In this document: in pieces, positions 13,016 through 24,300 of the stretch
Numbering within the stretch: the first letter of the stretch is position 1
Layout: each line of letters starts with the position of its first letter
Origin: Polymyxa betae A26-41
Lineage: Eukaryota; Protista; Endomyxa: Phytomyxea
NCBI GenBank assembly: GCA_003693705.1
Contig: RBZT01000348.1
Span: 88,886-152,885, forward strand
Length of the DNA stretch: 64,000 nt
Direction of reading: 5' to 3'
Position numbers and translations under genes: made by a program
Notes under the pieces: model-generated
Told to the model about the DNA's origin: nothing
The model's database searches: none
Seen by the model: the letters and a program-made list of their open reading frames with translations, nothing else

Positions 13016-15557
13016 CTATTGATGTTGCTGTTTAGAATAATGTTTAAACATCGATGAAAGGCCACTTGTCGCAGTCGATAGGCCCAATGAAGCATCCGCC
13101 AGCCATTTGGTTGCTGAAGTGGCTACTCCGCTCGACAATCCAGAGCGACTCTCGCGTTTACCGATCGATGTTGATGTCGGCGAATAAGTCGGCATACTGC
13201 TCACATGAGTTTCTGAGTCAGCAATGTCGTCGCCGAAATCACGCCTTTTCAACTCACGGACGCCATACAAATTCACTGGGAGCGAAGGCAGCCTTGGGGT
13301 ATCCCTTGATAGCAAAGGAGCAATGTTGGCTACCCGGTTTAAAGACTGAGATGGGGTCTTTGAGTTAAGAGAAGGAATTGAGTAAAAAATCGACCCAAAT
13401 ATAACAGAGCAACGAGCTGACTGGACACGGACGCTTTCTCTCAAAGCTTGGTCCGATGCTGCTAGAACAACTGGTTCGATTAAGCATCTGACCTCTCTTA
13501 TTGCAGCAGCCGCATTTGTAGAAGAGATTGAAGAGATCCCATGTGAAGATAATATGTGAGACGGGACGCCAATCTGGGCGAAAATGAACAAAACGTCAAA
13601 TAAAAACTGGGACTTGAAGGGTTGTGACAGTGACTTCACCGATTCCAGATTGTCTCTGATTATAGTGGCAACTTGATCACATATACCAGCACAGATATGA
13701 GCATTAATGAAGGCATCGAACTCAGCACAATGCAAGGTTTGAATTTCGCGATTAAGGTCGTACAAGAACGACATGGCAAACGGCGACGCATTGCACGGCA
13801 CTTGAACATCCCCGACTGTTGCCCAAGTAGACGAGATTTGATCAGATTTTGGTAGGTTCCATAACTGGACGCTGGACTCGACACGGTCTCGTAACGAAAC
13901 CGTGATTGATGAAGCGTTGGCGTTCGTCCATAATTGATAAGCCTTCAAGCGGGTTGCCGAATACCTACTCTGGATTTCATTGAACTTATCGGGATGGATA
14001 AGGCTTTTGACACAAACAGCACTGGACCAGAACCGCTGGGATATTCTTCCAAATAAAACCGAACGATTGACGTTCTCACTTTCCAAAACACGCTGTTCTA
14101 GGACACCAGCAATCTTTGACAAAGCGTCCAAACAGCTTTGTTCAATATCATTGCGGACGGTAACTGTCATCAAATCCACGAGGTCCGCGACTTTGAAAGA
14201 ACTCGCAACTGAGCTGTCTAATAATGCATGTGACGTTTGTGACAGCGAACGCAAAGAAACGTTGAATCGCTCTCCGATGCTTTCAACCAGAATCAAATAA
14301 GGGTCAGAGGTATTCTGGTTCATATCCGTAATTTGTCTCCAGAATGTGCTATTTCGGCGATGACGAGTTGCAACCTGCTGTGCACTAGTATTGCAGACCT
14401 TGTCTATAGATGGTTCAAGTTCTACAAGGTGCGCGATCAGCTGATCTGGCAATCTGTCAAACATATGCAGAGCGTGATGAAGTAATGCATTCTTCAGGGG
14501 CTCATAGAAAATAGATTGCCAAATTTGATGGATATCAGAACCGAGACAGTATGTTACAGCAAAAGGCCATGAATTGGTTCCATACTGGAACAGTACATTG
14601 AGAATTTGGTCGCGAACGCTCGCCAACTTGTCTCCGCTATAAGCCAAAAGAACAGCCGAGTAATCTTGAAGTATGAGATCACGAATGGAATCTTGAAACC
14701 AGATGCTGACAGATTCATTGATAGCATCCTGACCAAGAAGCGCAATCTTCCCAGGTTCACCGAGCCAATTATAGCACTCCGATAGTGTCAACCGCAACGT
14801 GTAAGCGAAACGATCATGCTCATCGCCAGATGCAATTAGCTGCTGCATGCCCTTCAAGCGACAATCAAGAAAGCTATGAAGCGCCTCTCTCCAGTCCAGA
14901 CCTTCGATCGCAACGATAGCCCTCAAAGCATCTTCATCACGAAGAGGTTCGTTGGCCTCGATCAAACGGTCACAGCATAACTGCTTGAGCTGACGGGGTA
15001 AGTCATGCACCAATTCCGATTGCTCGACCCAGAATGGATCTGTACGGTTATCGAGCTGTTCAAGAGCCCGAAGTCCTTTAAAATATTCCTCGACACTGTG
15101 CTGAAGCCTTCCAGCATCCATTCCTTCCCAAACACGCTCAGCTGTAAATAAGGCAGTCACCTGGTCTTGCTTCGATTGATGAAGACGATCGCGGTTCTGT
15201 TCTTCAGATTTGGCTTTTTCTATAGCAGCGGATTTCGCATTCGAAACGATGTTGTCAATATCATCAAATAATAAACGTAGATCGTGTATCTCTTGAACTG
15301 CAGAATCTAGCTCGAGTTTCATATCGCAAATTGAGTCAGTTGTATGCAGAAGATCCCGAAATTTATCCCCGATTAAACAACGCAGCTCTTCCACCTATTT
15401 GCATATTTTCAGTCAATGCAGTACTAGCATATCATAGATCAACCTTAGCTGCAGCATCTGAATGGAGTCTTCGCTGAACCTGACGGATATCTTCCAAAGA
15501 CGATTGTTTCCACAATTGATCATAGTTCCCGCCTGGCGACATTGGAAGAACAGCCAT
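13016..15557 (-). CDS. COG1: Conserved oligomeric Golgi complex subunit 1 (Vps51/Cog1 N-terminal domain)
   Basis: Exon 1 MAVLPMSPGGNYDQLWKQSSLEDIRQVQRRLHSDAAAK splices to VEELRCLIGDKFRDLLHTTDSICDM, matching the COG1 EELRxxVGxRYRDL motif. The 792-aa exon also has SPFAMSFLYDL and QFLFDVLF. Confidence 0.8.
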
Positions 15558-15741
15558 CACTTAGCTGTAGTTGGTTATCTCTGGAAGAAATCTCCAACGA
15601 CGAGTTCCCACAAATGAGGTCGGACTCGGAAATCTGCCTCTACCACGCCAAGGATGAGGGAGAAGGGCGAGGTGGCCGCGCACATCCTATACAATTCTCA
15701 CTGAAGTTTGTTACAAGACGAGATGATAAGTTGAGTGATAA

Positions 15742-15960
15742 CTGATGATCAGTCCATATGGAAGGGCATCTCACTCATTTCAGAGTGAGAGCTATACAGT
15801 AACAATTGAGTTCCCACATCTCCAGTGGGTCTCAATGCCCAGGGCGCTGACGCCACTGCAAAAGGGAAAGAAAGCACGTTACAATGCAGTGATCATTGAC
15901 CGAATGACAGTTTATACAGTGAGGGGGCAACTGACAGTAGCCTTATTGTCATCCCCTAAA
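15742..15960. ncRNA. Candidate structured non-coding RNA or cis-element (family unassigned)
   Basis: Nested inverted repeats forming a multibranch fold in the Pet127-COG1 gap (see findings). Confidence 0.35.
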
Positions 15961-15975
15961 TCACCTCTATTTTGC

Positions 15976-17793
15976 TCATTTATACATAAACATTCGTGGC
16001 GATGTGCTCTCCTCTCTCTCTGTCTCCTTCAGAGCATACCAGTATTCCCGAGCGATGGATAACGGGCCGTTCACCGTCTCGGGACCGAACCGGTACTCGG
16101 TCTCTAAAGACGCCGGTGTTTTCTTTAGGCTTAGAGAAGGCATACGAGGACCAATTGACTTCCCATTCAGCAGATGTGTGACATTCATCGTGTACATGAA
16201 CAACTTTCCATTGACCGCCTTGTCATACAGAGGCAGGATGCTATGTCCCTTGCTCTCCTAAACTACATGAGCCAGCAAGTTCTCAGTAAACAAGCACCTA
16301 CACGGGCAGCTTCGAATTTCATGCACTCCTCATAACGGGTTTTCAATGCACCTAACGATGTATCCTCGGGAAACTCAACATTAAATTCATCTAGGAGTCG
16401 CTGCCTGAGTTCATCGGAAGTCATATCATCGATTACTGGAGGGTCCAGTTCGACAAAAATCTGCAGATGACCTGGGAACAAGACAGTCAGAGATTGTTAT
16501 GAAATCCTTCAGCCGCAATGCACCGATCGATTTCTGAGGAGCTCGAAGAGTAATTTTTAAGGCCGATTCGGAGTGAAAATCATTGACGATTTCGCAGAGA
16601 ATCCTTTCCAGCAATTTGACGCTGATATCAAATAGCTTGTCAGCCGTTTTCGAGTCGCCCACCAGAATATCATCCATTCGAGTCAGTGGCAGATACTCGA
16701 ATCTGTTCGAATATCTAAGATCATCAAAAGGATGGCTTTCTTTACATTTACCCGAAGAATTGTTCGGTGTTATGATAGGCAACGAAAACGCCATGCATTC
16801 GACCCAGCCGAACCTATATGAGCTATAGCAAGCGAGCCATGAAATTCCAATCAACTGACTTGGAATGAGTATTTCAGCATTACAGTCCTTGAGAGGTCGT
16901 ACAGCTCCCGCTCAAATGAATTCAGTTCGCCTCTCAAAGACGACAACTCGTACCGTAGGTGCTGTTCGTACGTAGCCAGATTATGCCGAATAGCGAGAAC
17001 AGCCCGAGTTTTCAAGTCGAATGTTTGATTCGGCATTGGTAAATCAGGGTCGGAACAGTCCAATTGCGAACGGATCATGAACCTGCCGATCTTCGTGAAA
17101 GCGAACGCCTCCGGGCGCGATATCAACGACTGATCAGTGGGTCGCGATATGAGACTTTTTAGCACCAATCGGACGTAATCCTCATGGGCCAGAGTCAATT
17201 TATGCTCCAGCGATTTACCGAGGTCCATGAGGATACGACTGGCGGCCGAATTTGGTGACGAATCGCTGTCCATCAGCCAGAGATTGGACTCCTTCTGGTG
17301 CAGTATGATCGCAGCCGGGTTTCGAGCGCTTTGCGTCAGCGTCTTCGGCATGGTCCGAAACGATTCTGATAAATGCGACGTATTTACAGGGCGATGACCG
17401 CTAACAGCAAAGTATACATTCGACAGCGCCGATGTCATCGAAGACTTCATACAGAATATTTCAGCCATTACGTCACAAGGGAAATTATCGAGAAAGAGAG
17501 CTAACCGTTGAGCATGCCAGGCGGCATTGGTATTCGTTGGCGTATTCCATTAACCGAGGGTCACAGGAAGATTTCACGAACGATGGCAGCGCGGCGAAAT
17601 CGACCTTCGATACATGCTCGATGGATTTCAAATGCGAGGGTATATCCAGGAGCTGAACCGTCTGCGGGCCTTTCGCCTTCAAAACGCAGCGGACTTCATC
17701 GACCAATTGAGGTGTCTCCACCGACCCAGAACAATCAATACGTTTGTATATTGTCGGGGTCAAGATGCGACGATACGATCCAGGCGACAGCAT
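15976..17793 (-). CDS. PET127: Pet127 mitochondrial RNA 5'-3' exonuclease family
   Basis: Motifs DFAALPSFVKSSCD, STSSMTSALSNVYF, FMIRSQLDC, TFDLKTRAVLAIRH and FERELYDLSRTVMLKYSFQ match Pet127. The Arg-rich N-terminus resembles a mitochondrial presequence. Confidence 0.85.
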
Positions 17794-18146
17794 CGGTCCC
17801 GGACAGCGATGATACAGGGCGGAGCCCTGAACGCAATATTACCCTCCTGCGTGCGCAAATGCGGGCATTGACACAAGAAACATTCCAAGCCATTTGAAAC
17901 AGGCCAGCATCAGTTCAGGGTGCACAGCAAACAGTACGAAGAGTTGCTTCAAACAGAAAAGAATTGCATTGGATGACAAGTAGCTTGGTAGAAAGAGAAT
18001 TCAGACTCCCGAAGGAAACTGATCATGACGCAGACCAAGGGGTAAGCAGTGCTTGCAAAGCGAAAGAAAGAGGAGTCTCAAAACCCTGTTTCGCTGCCGC
18101 AAGAATAAAAAAAGCAAGCAGCCCAATGATCAACACGATTGATGAT

Positions 18147-19787
18147 TTATATAGGAAAGGCCCAGTTTTGAGTGATAGAATCTGGGAACAACGACATTGG
18201 TGGCACTGTGGTCATCTCGACCTTCCTGCGCTTTGTCCTGTATTTCGATAGCAACTACGCAACAGATATCGTCAGGGCATCCAGCAACCGCACGAAACGC
18301 ATTTCCACTCACCGATTTATAGGTAAACGATGAGTACAGATTCAAGTCGAAGTCGACAGTTGGCAACGTTTCCATTTCAATGCAGGAAGCCAGCTTGGAG
18401 ACCTCCGGACAGAAATGCGACTTGAGAGTGACGATTTCCCATAAACTGCTCTCCAGCGCTTGCGATTTCTTCGGATCGGTCTCGGATTCTACGAACGGAT
18501 CGGCCCTGCCCACAGCCTGATCAAGCGCCTGCAAAGCTGGTGTTAGATTGCCAAGAATGGTATGGTTGCAGCGGTTACCGATGGACGATCGATCAGAACG
18601 CGACAGGACGGAAACCGGCGCAGCAGATTGAAGACGATGGCCAGGCAGAACAAAGCGCCAGACGGCGGCGATGTAATCGCTAGTCGGGCGAACTTTTTGA
18701 TGAAGGCGGCAACCAGATATGACGGCAAGTAGCTGGATCGCATGAACTTCCAGATCAAGGTCAGGAACCGCTCCCGGTAATTCGCATGAAAAATGGACGG
18801 CTTCAGCGAAGCGTACAGGTCATCGTAAAATCCCGGATAGTCGAGGTTATGCTGGGCGATCAGAATGAACAGGCCCTCCAGGGCCAGCATGGTCGCGATT
18901 CCGCCGTTCTTATAAGAATCCATCAGGAAATCGCAGAGGACCAGCGGCTGACGGAAACTCGGCAGAATCGTCATCTTGACGTTAGCCAGTATGATGCGAT
19001 GCAGGTCGCGAGGCAGGTCGGCGTCGCGCAGGATCTCCATCCAGGCCCGGTTCAGGGCGCGCGAATGCGATTTAGCTCGCGACGCCTTCCCGTGCTTGTC
19101 TGCCGGAGACAGGTATTTGCCAACCAGCGCCTGCTCCTCTTTGCCGATCGGGATCTCGACCTGGACCAGGATTAGGATCGCGTTCTCGAACAGGTGGTGA
19201 AGGACGTCATCGTCAGCATCGTTAAATTCGGACACCGATGCCAATGTCAGGTCGACGTCTTCGAACGCCTCCTGCAACGCCTTCAGCGTCCAGAACTGGA
19301 TGTCGTCATACACGCCCAGGTAATGCGTCACGAAATGGACGCGGGCTGCTTTGCCAACGTGGTGGTTGGCGATCAGCGACATGACGACTAGTTTCAGCGT
19401 CTGGAATGGGAATTCGTAGTTATGTTCAGCGCCGACCTGGCAACGGACGGCGACCAGATCCAGCAGCGAATCGATAGCGACAATTTGGAGGCCTTCATCG
19501 GTGCCGTGAAGGCAGCGACGCAAAAGTGTCACAAAAAAGTCGAGTTTTGGCTCAAGCCATGGCAAGAATTTGTTGTCGGGCCTCGGATCGAGGAACAGGC
19601 CGTACTCGCTCGCGAACGAAAACAGGATCCGACGCAGCGATTGGATGGCGGCCAGTGTGATCGTGAAAGAGTCCAGGTGCTTTTCGAGCAGAGACAGCAA
19701 TGTGACGACATCGTCGGCCTGGCTGATATCGTCGTGAATCTGGCCTTCCAGGCGCCGGATCTCCAGCACGACTTCGTCCGGCGCCAT
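18147..19787 (-). CDS. NOC4: Nucleolar complex protein 4 (CBF/Mak21 domain)
   Basis: LCDFLMDSY..GG...LALEGLFILIAQHNLDYPGFYDDLY, SSYLPSYLVAAFIKKFARLAITSPP and ALESSLWEI..LKSHFCPEVS. The start could instead be 19916. Confidence 0.92.
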
Positions 19788-20155
19788 TTCTGACCGGAAC
19801 TTTCGAAAAGACGGGGAAACTGCAATATTCCGTACGGAGTCCGAGAATCTTTTTTTATTCCTTTCTAAAAATGTTTGCCGAATTTTGTTAATGACATCAA
19901 GTTGCTTTGCTGACATCGTTATGCACGACAGATGTCAGTATATTTTCACAAAAAACATTGTGATCCTTTATACCTTCTTAAAACGAATGGCGATCGGCAA
20001 GACAAGCGAGCTGTTAACTAGAATTTACAAATCTGTGAGAGCGAATCATAAACTGCTATCTCAATGTCAAAGGGCGCCATTCAGAAGGACAAAACACTTT
20101 ATTGTGCATAAAATTTGTAAATCTATAGCACTGATGAGAATCAGGTCACGATTGC

Positions 20156-20826
20156 CTATGACAGCGACACCATCCATTCGGCAACTTTCGGGTTTTTGAT
20201 CACATTCTTATACAAGTCATTGAGATTTTCATGACGATCCAAGGCATCTTTTCCAATCGGAGACACCGCTCCTAAAGCATATTAAAACTGTTATCGATAT
20301 CGTCTTCTCAAAACATACCACGCTTGACGGAATCGATCAGACCGAACAAGGACAGATCGGCGATTGTCAGCTGGTCTCCAACAGCGAATCCCTTCGTCTG
20401 CTGCCCGGCCAGACGATTCAACGTATCGAACAGTTTCGCGAATGTATCGGCGTACACAGCCTCCATCAGCTGTCGGCGTGTCGCCTCATCTAGACCCGGC
20501 ATCGACACCAACACGACCGCGTTATAAAAGGTGTCGACAGCGGCGACAATCTCATCGACTGCCATGACCAGAATGGGGTTGGCCGGAAGCAAATCTCCTA
20601 TATTACCGACGAATCGCAGCAGGGCGGACGCCTGCGCGTACAGGGTCCCGTTCACGACCATGAGCGGGCTCTGGCCGAACGGCGCCGTCGTCCGAAACGG
20701 CTCCCATTCTTCGGGCGATAGCCGCTCGTCCTCAAATGGGATATTACTGATGTGCAGGGCGAGACGGATCGGGTTGGCTCGCCCGGTTCTGTCGAAAGTT
20801 GTCAGCTTGATGGTTGGGTATCCCAT
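20156..20826 (-). CDS. Glutathione S-transferase (sigma-like), 2 exons
   Basis: IKLTTFDRTGRANPIRLAL, IPFEDER, PFGQSP, AQASALLRFVG and GDQLTIADL. Exon 2 ends KNPKVAEWMVSLS*. Confidence 0.9.
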
Positions 20827-21354
20827 CGGTCTTTGAATTCACCGATTTTATTAGCTCGGCATTAAAGTTGCCCGTACTGGACCGGACCCGGCCCACTGAT
20901 CGCCCAGTCATTGCCGATCGATAAGCTTGGGCCAGTCCCGTCCTGCGACAATCGGCAAGATGCAAATCTTGCTTCCCTGAAGGAAGGTACTCACCGTCTT
21001 ATGGATTACAGCTGCAGGTGTGATAGATTGTTCTTGGGGTCAGACGAAACGATCTGATGTTCGCCTGACTAGCTGGAGCCATTCGGAGTGGCCGAATCAA
21101 GCCCTGACAATTCAATGGGCTGGTCAATGAGGAGCCGAGACAGCGACCGACAAAACAGCGCGTGACATGACGGCGACTGGCGCGGCCCTCTCGCTCACTG
21201 CGCCTTTCTAACTTAGCGCGGACGACAGGCCGTAGCGATAATTTCATGGCGAAGCGGCGCCCCTGTGGCAGTGAGTTTTGTGCACATGTGCGGAGCGACT
21301 GAGGGCGTGACCTCCTTCCCTCTTCATGTCCTTTCACCATCATTCTATCAATCC

Positions 21355-24300
21355 ATGCTAGACAACATCACCGAGGTCTGGATCCGGTCCGAGTCGGCGA
21401 GCCAGGCGCCGCGAGGCGCTCGCCCCGATCTGGCCATCGATCGTCGAACGCCTCTTACGCCACAATGGACCGCCTATCTAATTGAGAATGACATCAGGTA
21501 GATTCGCCTTGTTCGCTCGTTATCTGCCAAAAACATTGTATTTAGTGTCACTGTTGAGTGCTCTACAGAACGGGCTTATCAAGACGAGGAATATGACCGA
21601 TGCGGCTGCCGTATGGTTGCAACTGGGTCGTGGACATCAGCTCCCAAATCGGCGTTGATTTTGGGCTTACGACTTCCAGAGCCTCTTCCCTCAACGATTT
21701 CCCATGCACACGCTTTTTTTTGTCACGCTTATAAAGGCCAACCAAATTGGCATCGGCGCCTGCTTCCGTTTCTCAAAGGCGATTCCGTTCTGTATGACCT
21801 AGAGTATCTTGTAGACGAGAACGGGCAGCGTTTAGCCTCTTTCGGCCAGACTGCGGGATCTATTGGACTTGCAACGTAAGGTTTTCTTCGACTTTTTAAC
21901 ACTGTTTTCTTATTCGCAACACAACAGAGGACTGTTCGCATGGTCTCGTCAAGTCTTGGCAAACAGATTCCCCGGGGTGTCTCTGCCGTCCAATATGTTA
22001 TCAGGAATGACGATGAACAGCGTGGAGACATTGCTACGAATGGCTGAGCAATGGACACAGCAGAAACCTCGCTGTCTCGTCATCGGAGCTAATGGCCGAT
22101 GCGGTCGCGGAGCCGTCGATTTCGCTGCATCCGCCAATGTCGAAATCGTTTGTTGGACCCGGGCTGATACTGCTCGTGGTGGTCCCTTTCCAGAGTTGCT
22201 TGATTTCGATATTGTCATTAATGCGATTCGCATCGATTCTGGTGATGCGTCGCTCTTCCAACCATGGCTGACCAATGAACTCATTCGAAGAGAGCCCCGA
22301 CGTCTTTCCGTGATAGTAGATATCAGCTGCGAGCCGAATTCGATGTTAAACCCATTCCCTCTATACAAGCAGGCGACCTCATTCGAGAGACCGACGTTAA
22401 CGCTAATCGAGGCTCATGATGGACATTCTGCTCTTGATCTGATTGCTATTCCGAACCTGCCGTCTCTACTGCCAGTCGATAGCAGCAACCAGTTCAGCGC
22501 TCAGCTAGCGCCCCTGCTGTTCGACCTTCTCATAGAACGATCTGCAAAGGTCTTGTTGCCAGCCGGTGCTGCTTTCCACGCAGCTGTTTCCCCTCTGGTA
22601 ATTCCGACTTTATCGAATAACGCTGCTAGAGTTCCAGCAGCGGATACCGAGGAGATCTCGTTCGATGCGGTTGCACTTGCAGATGGCTTCAACTTTGACA
22701 GCCTTCGATCCGCTGTTGAACAGCAGATCAAGCCTATGTTGAAATCAATCATATCCGGTTTAGAATTCGGTGATAAGAGCGGCGGAGGAAAAGTTGTGCT
22801 GCAGGATTACGACTTTGTAAATCGATGTGATGATATCCGGGACATCCAGCTGGTCTACATGAACTTGATGCGCAACCAGGAGTATGCACTTACTCGAGAA
22901 CGACCTCTTCATATTCTCGTATCGCGATCTCATCTATCGGTCGCTGCTCATGGTGCAATTCTTGACCAGATTTCGGTGACGTTGCTGGCCAAGTATCTAG
23001 CAGAAGGCGATTTCTCGTTGACGAAATCAAGTTTGTCGAATTTGCAGTATTGTGATTATGCTCGATGGTTTGCCGAGCGACTGGAGGAATTGAAAACCGG
23101 TAACGATCACGATGGGCTTTTGCTTTTTCGTGATGATCAGCAGTACTGGAAGCAAACACTGCTTGCTGGTGATGGGCAAATTGTCAGCGCCCAGTTGCCA
23201 ATGGATCTATCGCCTTCTCCAATGAGCTGGTAAGTCTTATGCAAAGATGGTATTCACAGCGATATAACTTTTCGGCGATCCAGGAAATTCACGACTCAAA
23301 AACGCCATACTGTCCCACTCCTGTCATCAGTGCTGCATTATCCAATGCCTGTGCAGGCTCTGGCAGCATTGTCACTCATCATTTATCGGCGTACGAACGA
23401 GCCCGATTTTGTCATCGGGACCCGAGCTTCCTTTCGTAATAGGTGATGCCTCTTTTTCTCGGGTTTTGGATGCTTAGAATTCGCAGATATTCACTAAAGC
23501 ATATTTTTGGGCCTTTCGAGGATCGGTCCATTCTGAGGCTTTCGCTGGACAAGGACATGACTGTCAAGGCATTGCTGGAGCAATGTATGCGTCAGTGGGA
23601 AGGCGTCGCACTACATCAAGAACTACCACTGCGCCATCTCAACACTGATTATGCTCATCAAAATATCGAATTCATTGCCGAATCAGAACTTTCTGAACGA
23701 TTCAATCTCACTGAGCCGCAGGGCTCCTACCAAATTCGCTTCCGTCTGTGGCCGAATTCGTTTCTAAGTATCGATTATGATCCGGGAACATTCCTTCCTG
23801 AATCCATCACTGAACTGGCAAATCAAATCTGCTTGATTATTTCCGAACTGAACGAAAGCCTTCATATATCGACTCTGGACGTTAAATTGACGACACGAAG
23901 TGCCAGGCACCTTCTTCCAGACCCGACCCAACCCCTCGATTCTTCTTATCCTGGCCCGATTACTGAAGTTTTTAAAGAAAACTGTTTAAAAACCCCAGAG
24001 GCCATCGCCATATCGTCGGAAGGTATGCAAGAAACCGCTTTGCATCAATGCTTTAACGGCTCTGCTCAGATGTTTCTATAACGTATGGGCGACTATACGA
24101 GCATGTTTCATGGTTAGCTGGACAATTACGATCAGCTGGTATTAGACGTGGTGACATCGTTGCGATATACGGTGACCGCGTCCCGTCTGTTGTTTGGGCT
24201 ATCATGGGCGTTCTATTCTCTGGAGCTGCGTTGTCCATGATGGACCCCCGGTACCCAACCGAACGACTCATTGCATGCTTGGGCATAGCTAAACCGCGAG

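Noticed and set aside
15742-15775. Hammerhead ribozyme (CTGATGA core)
   Set aside because: There is no correctly placed GAAA or stems I/III.
15950-15965. Telomerase RNA template (CCCCTAAA)
   Set aside because: It covers only one repeat unit with no alignment region, and it sits in a hairpin arm.
18786-19825. Long antisense and alternative-frame ORFs over NOC4 (and similarly over the ARM gene)
   Set aside because: These are shadow ORFs produced by GC-rich codon usage and show no protein motifs.
21019-21070. Hairpin containing GAAAC and CTGATG in the GST / Lys1-Lys2 divergent promoter (ribozyme or riboswitch)
   Set aside because: The spacing is far too short for a hammerhead and there is no lysine or TPP riboswitch consensus.
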